Origin: a virus
Lineage: Duplodnaviria > Caudoviricetes
DNA: 30,025 nt
IMG/VR virus record: IMGVR_UViG_3300032290_001058
Span: 1-30,025 of that record
Strand: one strand, 5' to 3'
Positions 25,359 to 30,025 of this stretch are shown here, in pieces. The position numbers and the translations under genes were made by a program. Within the stretch, counting starts at the first letter, position 1; each line of letters starts with the position of its first letter. A model generated the notes under the pieces. It saw nothing but the letters and a program-made list of their open reading frames with translations, made no database searches and was not told the origin of the DNA.

Positions 25359-25603
25359 TGTCCTACCATCCTATTCACGAGCCACATAATAACGCTGATC
25401 AGGCTTGCAACAGCTGCAACGCCTCCCCAAATTTTGCTAATTGATTGCTCGAGCTCTGCGAGCCTGCCCGCCAGCTCTTTTACCTCGGCTCGCATCTCAA
25501 TTTCGTTTGCTTTAATTGCCGTTTCGTTTGCTCGAGATAACCGCAACAGATTGTCTATTTTTTCCTCAAGCCTGGCAAGCTTTACCTCGATAGTGTCTGT
25601 CAT
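25355..25603 (-). CDS. XhlA-like coiled-coil plus TM lysis protein
   Basis: KLARLEEKID...RLAELE..KIWGGVAAVASLISVIMWLV. Confidence 0.65.
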   Translation of the reverse strand: MTDTIEVKLARLEEKIDNLLRLSRANETAIKANEIEMRAEVKELAGRLAELEQSISKIWGGVAAVASLISVIMWLVNRMVGQ

Positions 25604-26094
25604 TCTGTCACCATGTAGGTTGCAAGTATTGCGTAGAATTGCTGCCAGGGAAAATTATACGGATCGTATTTGCCCTTGGTATCGATGCCCGCGTGTGAGG
25701 TAATCATTTGGATTGGGTACGCGTGCAACCAGCGTGCTACAACTTGGGCTGTGCTCTCAATTTGTGCAAGCGGGTACGGATCGGGTACGGTTTTGCTGCC
25801 AGTGTTGCAAATCTCAATGCCCAGGCTGGCAGCGTTTGGCGCCCCGAGGCTGCCTACTTTGCTATTACCGCAATGATAGGCTATGACGTCGTCAGGTACC
25901 ATACGCGTACGCGCGCCTGTTTTTGAAATGTAGTAATGTATGCTTACCCCAGGTGGATTGTTTTGCAGGTAGGCAATTTCGTTTGCATCGTTGCCGCTGC
26001 CGCCTGTGTGGTGTAGCACAATGACGGTAGGCAGTGCTTTACGCTTGCCGCCTGTGCTCGAGGCTGGTACGTTCGTTTCTGGGTATTGTTTCAT
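25600..26094 (-). CDS. Endolysin, N-acetylmuramoyl-L-alanine amidase (Amidase_2)
   Basis: IVLHHT, SIHYYI, AYHCG, SLGIEICN, ITSH, KYDP motifs. Confidence 0.92.
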   Translation of the reverse strand: MKQYPETNVPASSTGGKRKALPTVIVLHHTGGSGNDANEIAYLQNNPPGVSIHYYISKTGARTRMVPDDVIAYHCGNSKVGSLGAPNAASLGIEICNTGSKTVPDPYPLAQIESTAQVVARWLHAYPIQMITSHAGIDTKGKYDPYNFPWQQFYAILATYMVTE

Positions 26095-26426
26095 TCTGGC
26101 AGCCCCTGAAATCGTTCAATCATTGTGGCAGTAACAGTGCCGTTTTTGTTATTCACCATAAAAAACAATTTGCCCTGTAGTACTGTTAGGTTACCGTGGC
26201 AACCGTCGTTGAATCGCAACAGTTGCCAGGGCTGATCAATTGCTTTACGGTACCAACAATGTATGCCGAATTGCCCCGCTGGTACCTGGGCATTGCTCAT
26301 ACTGGTTGCAAACCATTGCCCTGCTTTATCGATCACCACAAACGTAGGCGTTGCCGTATAGGTACCTCCAGGTATGCCCAGGTCAAACGCTTTTGGTAGT
26401 GGTGCTGGCGCTTTTGGTGTTGTCAT
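26091..26426 (-). CDS. Hypothetical protein heading the late/lysis operon
   Basis: AAGGGG RBS; ATGA-coupled to the amidase. Confidence 0.75.
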   Translation of the reverse strand: MTTPKAPAPLPKAFDLGIPGGTYTATPTFVVIDKAGQWFATSMSNAQVPAGQFGIHCWYRKAIDQPWQLLRFNDGCHGNLTVLQGKLFFMVNNKNGTVTATMIERFQGLPE

Positions 26427-26453
26427 TGTTTGCCCCTTATCTGTATTAATAAG

Positions 26454-26462
26454 AGTATAGCA
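26454..26462 (-). promoter_or_regulatory. Extended -10 promoter upstream of the lysis/packaging genes
   Basis: Minus strand TGcTATACT in an intergenic AT-rich gap. Confidence 0.6.
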
Positions 26463-26464
26463 AA

Positions 26465-26689
26465 TCAGCCGCGTAACAGTGCCTGCAAGCGTTCGCGCTC
26501 GGCTTGCGCATCATTGATGCGCTGCTGTACGTTTGCTAACCAGCTCGGGTAGAATTCGGTGCCGCCTCTGTCGCTCTCATCTGGGTTGTCTATCCAGCGC
26601 TGTATTTGTTTTGCCTTGCCCTGCCAAAATTGTAAATCGTGCTCTACTCGCTTCAACGCAACGATTGTTTTATCTCTACTCATTTCCAC
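26465..26689 (-). CDS. Hypothetical coiled-coil protein
   Basis: Helical hairpin-like sequence; overlaps the upstream gene end. Confidence 0.65.
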   Translation of the reverse strand: MEMSRDKTIVALKRVEHDLQFWQGKAKQIQRWIDNPDESDRGGTEFYPSWLANVQQRINDAQAERERLQALLRG

Positions 26690-27048
26690 ACCGCTCTATT
26701 GTTGTCATTGATTCGCAACCATTGCTGCCAGCACGGTTGTGATGATTTCCAATGTTGCCAGCCTTTGCCGTCATCCCATAACCGTACAAACGTTGCATAT
26801 TGATTTGCTGGGCTATCGAGCTCGGCATTTGTTTTACCCGTTAACCAGTTATAGGTTTTGTCGTTAAATTGAAATAGCCCGCCGTCATTGGTTTCTGATC
26901 GAGCCCAGCGGCTATAGGTACCATAGTTGTACCCGTCCCCTGATTCGCAAGAAATGATAGCCAGTGCCTCGGGTGTTACCTCAAACGGCTCTGTATGGCA
27001 GGTGCCGCCGTTGCATACCAGGTACCAAAATAGAATAATCGTGCTCAT
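26680..27048 (-). CDS. Rpf-like / lysozyme-fold lytic transglycosylase
   Basis: IISCESG...GGLFQF..KTY...SPANQ...GWQHW..SQPC; short hydrophobic N-terminus. Confidence 0.75.
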   Translation of the reverse strand: MSTIILFWYLVCNGGTCHTEPFEVTPEALAIISCESGDGYNYGTYSRWARSETNDGGLFQFNDKTYNWLTGKTNAELDSPANQYATFVRLWDDGKGWQHWKSSQPCWQQWLRINDNNRAVWK

Positions 27049-27458
27049 TCGTCTGTATCCCGTTCTATGGTGATCGGCTCGCCATGGTAATAGGCTGGCA
27101 TCGTTAGCCCTTTTTCCCAGGTAGGCTCGCTCGCTCGCAAGTGATTGAGGTTATATAGCAAATCTTCGTACGGCTGCTGGGTATCGTGTGCAAACTTTAC
27201 ACACATATCAAGCCAGTAATCAAACTCGATATTTTGGCGTACCGATTGCAGCTGCAGTTGTAGTGATTTGTTCACATGCATTGCTGCAATAAATCGCAGG
27301 CTGTAACGTTTCTGCAGTGTACGTTTGGCGTATATCTGTATCGAGGTCGGTTGGTTAGCTGTCGGCTTAATCTCTACCCATTCGGATTGCTTTGCCCAGC
27401 GTCTATCAACCAGTATGCCATTGCCTACATATACCTCTTGTTTGTGCCAGCTCGGCAT
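27045..27458 (-). CDS. Hypothetical protein (137 aa)
   Basis: Coupled to neighbours by TAATG and ATGA overlaps. Confidence 0.7.
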   Translation of the reverse strand: MPSWHKQEVYVGNGILVDRRWAKQSEWVEIKPTANQPTSIQIYAKRTLQKRYSLRFIAAMHVNKSLQLQLQSVRQNIEFDYWLDMCVKFAHDTQQPYEDLLYNLNHLRASEPTWEKGLTMPAYYHGEPITIERDTDE

Positions 27459-28693
27459 TATGTACCAGCCCTTCTAATGTTTGTGTACGGTGCTTGTACG
27501 CGCTTAAATGTCCAGCCCTTGGTACGTAAAAAACAACGTAGCACGTTATCGGTACAACCCAGGATTTCGCGCGCCTCTCGTATGGTTTTGGTTGCGTACC
27601 ATTGTGGATCAGTAGGAAAATGCAATAATTCAGGCGTGGGTAAATCCTGATACTTGTCGATAAATGTATACCCATGCCTACGAATGAAATACCGTATTTG
27701 TTTTTGGTTTGATTTGAGCTCGGTAATCAATTGCGCCATGGTGCGAGTAGCGTAATACTCGGCATCCCTTGGAAATGCCAGCGGTTTTGCTTTTGGGTAT
27801 ATCTGTTGGTATTTGATATTGCGAACACGCATATAATTGCGCACCGCGTGCTGAGTCATCCCGAGCGCGTCGCAAATTTGCTCTACGGTGCGCACTGCAT
27901 ACCAGTCTGCATCTTGCGGCATGGTTTCTACTCGATTTGCATACGGCTGCCTGGTTTTACGAAACGGTATACCCCTCGAGGTGAGAAAATGCCGAATTGC
28001 CGAGCCGCTGTACCCGAGCATAATTTCTAATTGCGGTATTGTTTTGTGTTTGTACAATTCTGGGTCACTGTCGTAAATCTGATCGATTTGCAAACGTTTC
28101 GGATTTGGTACAAATGTGTACCCGCGTTTGTAAATGTGATTGTGTATGGTTTTTCGCTCTACTCCTAACTCGGCTGCCGCTTGAGCTAGGGTACGAGTTG
28201 CATACCATTGCGGATCTGTTGGGTAATCGATTGCGCGTGTATTTCTGCCAAATGCTACAAGCTTTTTAAACTTGTACCCATATCGCGTCATATGCTTATA
28301 GGCAGCATCACGGCTGCAACCCATATCTGCACAAATCTGCATGATATTGCGCGTTTCATAGTATGCAGGGTTTTTGCTCCAAATGCGCCCAGTAACGTAT
28401 AGTGCATATTTGGGCGCCTGGGCTTTTGGTGCTGGCTCTTTTGGTTTCTCGGCACGCGCTGCCATCCGTCGATAATCGCGGATATCCGAAATGCCGAGCG
28501 GTTGCGCACCGTTCGCGCGTAGCCCTTCAATTTCGCGCATATGGTACGGTATGTCATCTTCTGGCACGTTCAATAGCACAGCCTTAAACCATGCTTCGTA
28601 CCCGCTATGCTGCAGCGTTGCTATTACCTGATCGGTGTACCTGAGATCGTCGCGCCCTGTCAACGCCTGCTGTATGTTTTTGTGCAATCCCAT
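27458..28693 (-). CDS. Tandem six-HTH repeat protein (411 aa)
   Basis: Six ~50-aa repeats with consensus [FY]PxDPxWYAxRTxxQxxxxLGxSxxAIxxxxxxxG[YI]xF. Confidence 0.8.
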   Translation of the reverse strand: MGLHKNIQQALTGRDDLRYTDQVIATLQHSGYEAWFKAVLLNVPEDDIPYHMREIEGLRANGAQPLGISDIRDYRRMAARAEKPKEPAPKAQAPKYALYVTGRIWSKNPAYYETRNIMQICADMGCSRDAAYKHMTRYGYKFKKLVAFGRNTRAIDYPTDPQWYATRTLAQAAAELGVERKTIHNHIYKRGYTFVPNPKRLQIDQIYDSDPELYKHKTIPQLEIMLGYSGSAIRHFLTSRGIPFRKTRQPYANRVETMPQDADWYAVRTVEQICDALGMTQHAVRNYMRVRNIKYQQIYPKAKPLAFPRDAEYYATRTMAQLITELKSNQKQIRYFIRRHGYTFIDKYQDLPTPELLHFPTDPQWYATKTIREAREILGCTDNVLRCFLRTKGWTFKRVQAPYTNIRRAGT

Positions 28694-28699
28694 ACGGCT

Positions 28700-28939
28700 T
28701 TATTTCCTCTCGGCTCGCTGATTAACCCATTGTTCTACCAATGCAATTGCGCCTGCCTCGCTCCTGGCTGCAAACGTCATCTGCTTTACCCTGCCGCGCA
28801 TTCGCGCTGTTGGTGCTATCGTTACCGTTACCGTTGCAATCCAGTTATTATCAAGCGTAGGCGCTACTCGAGCCTTGTATACCCTGTTTGGCGTTATCAG
28901 CTCGGCATACAAGCCCAGCCCGCGCGCTGTCCAATTCAT
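28700..28939 (-). CDS. Hypothetical protein (79 aa)
   Basis: ATGA coupling in early operon A. Confidence 0.7.
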   Translation of the reverse strand: MNWTARGLGLYAELITPNRVYKARVAPTLDNNWIATVTVTIAPTARMRGRVKQMTFAARSEAGAIALVEQWVNQRAERK

Positions 28940-29169
28940 TGCCCTGCCTCGTTGCTCGGCAGCGGCTCGGCTGTCGTGCCGTTCGCGCGCGCCATTTCGT
29001 TTGCCGTTTCTATTGCCTCTTGTACCGTCTTAAAAACAAACGTACTAGTTTCGCCTGTTGGAAAATGCATATACTTCAGCTCGATACCGTTCACTACCGC
29101 GCGTATGGTGTACATTGTTTTGTTATGCGCTGCCCGAAATCCCCCAATAGATTTTTCAAATGTCAACAT
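28936..29169 (-). CDS. Hypothetical protein (77 aa)
   Basis: Overlap coupling in early operon A. Confidence 0.7.
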   Translation of the reverse strand: MLTFEKSIGGFRAAHNKTMYTIRAVVNGIELKYMHFPTGETSTFVFKTVQEAIETANEMARANGTTAEPLPSNEAGQ

Positions 29170-29725
29170 CGGTGCCGCTGCCTTCTGTTAGTAGTGCGCT
29201 GAATACTTGCGCCCTGGTTGGTTGCGTTTTGAATATCGTTGTGCTTGTCCAGTTGTCACCATCATTGCCTACGTCAGCCTCGAGGTAATACCCTGATTTG
29301 TCGCTGAATTGCTTTACCACAATTTCACCAAATGCCAAATCGATAACATCAACATCTTCTGCCTGATCGTCATCGATGCGCATTGAATAGCGCTCGGCTT
29401 GAGTGAAACCGTGCCGCTCTGCATACCAATCACCTAATACCGTGCTGATTCTATGCCTTGCATCGCGTATGATCTTTGTACCGTCGGTAATGTTCAATAC
29501 ACCTGCAAATGTAATCATCGCTTCGTATTGCATCGATTGCGAAAATAGCGGGTGCTTGTATCGAAACATCTGCCAGGTATCGAGCGCTGTTACTGTGCGC
29601 ATCTCTTTAACGGCACTGTTGGTAGTGAAATACATTACGCTAAATTCGTAGCGCGCGCGCTCTTTAGCTTGCCGAAATCGTTTCGCTACCTCTGGCTCGG
29701 TAAATGTCCATTGTTCATCGCTCAT
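29156..29725 (-). CDS. Hypothetical protein (start revised to MSDEQ, 29725)
   Basis: GAGGG RBS upstream of ATG 29725. Confidence 0.7.
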   Translation of the reverse strand: MSDEQWTFTEPEVAKRFRQAKERARYEFSVMYFTTNSAVKEMRTVTALDTWQMFRYKHPLFSQSMQYEAMITFAGVLNITDGTKIIRDARHRISTVLGDWYAERHGFTQAERYSMRIDDDQAEDVDVIDLAFGEIVVKQFSDKSGYYLEADVGNDGDNWTSTTIFKTQPTRAQVFSALLTEGSGTDVDI

Positions 29726-30025
29726 CGGTGTTGCCCTCATTCTCTGGCTGGTATTCGCCTGCCTCAAGCCGCTTTATTAGCTCATCCAAAATACGGCTGT
29801 GGTTTGCAATCGCCTTAAAATTGCTGTTTTTGTCTACGCTCCCAACAGCCCAGGGTAGCCCCAATTCTTCTACCTGGTTGTACCCGCGCCCATAGTCTGC
29901 AAATACAAGCGTTTCGTAGTATCGATCGTACCCAATCGGCACGTATGTTGCATCGTTTACCCCGCCAGCGCCTCGCATTAACCCTACCGTGCTTACCAAC
30001 AGCCGCGCGTGCCGATAATATACCA
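29715..30025 (-). CDS. Hypothetical phage protein, 3' part of the junction-spanning gene (start at 253)
   Basis: Same frame as 1..253 through the 123-bp overlap. Confidence 0.8.
   Translation of the reverse strand, partial: VYYRHARLLVSTVGLMRGAGGVNDATYVPIGYDRYYETLVFADYGRGYNQVEELGLPWAVGSVDKNSNFKAIANHSRILDELIKRLEAGEYQPENEGNTDER
29903..30025. repeat. Terminal direct repeat, copy 2
   Basis: Identical to 1-123. Confidence 0.97.

Noticed and set aside
228-29895. The many plus-strand ORFs in the ORF track (e.g. 5181..5861, 14666..15226, 22553..23230, 24519..25280)
   Set aside because: They are antisense shadows of well-supported minus-strand genes, with no recognisable motifs.
1-30025. Stop-codon reassignment (alternative genetic code)
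   Set aside because: Core genes are full length under code 11, and TAA, TAG and TGA all terminate genes with tight coupling to the next start.

Overview
The window is an apparently complete, circularly assembled tailed-phage genome of about 29.9 kb. Bases 1-123 repeat exactly at 29903-30025 and one ORF reads intact across the join. It has siphovirus-like architecture with an HK97-type head, and essentially every credible gene is on the minus strand. Order along the minus strand: early operon A (promoter ~970-995; small ORFs across the join, a six-HTH repeat protein, an Rpf-like lysozyme-fold protein), lysis genes (amidase, two holin-like proteins), TerS/TerL, a 995-aa portal-MuF-HExxH fusion plus a small coupled ORF, a Dps/ferritin-like gene coupled to a protease-major capsid fusion, neck and tail genes (with a -1 frameshift chaperone), a terminator, early operon B (RHH regulators, Gp157/Gam-like, SSB-like, primase-helicase, multi-HTH, VRR-NUC), then a ~1.1 kb non-coding region with iteron-like repeats. 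I recognised no integrase, cI repressor, DNA polymerase, tRNA, CRISPR array or reverse transcriptase. The host is probably a monoderm (no spanins seen; Chloroflexota is a weak guess). The most striking observations are (1) an intact Dps with N- and C-terminal extensions in the head module, directly upstream of and coupled to the HK97 capsid gene, resembling an encapsulin cargo/shell operon; (2) a portal covalently fused to MuF and a low-GC zincin-like domain with a candidate immunity gene; (3) a six-repeat HTH array with variable recognition helices. All family calls are from motif recognition by eye, not from database searches.
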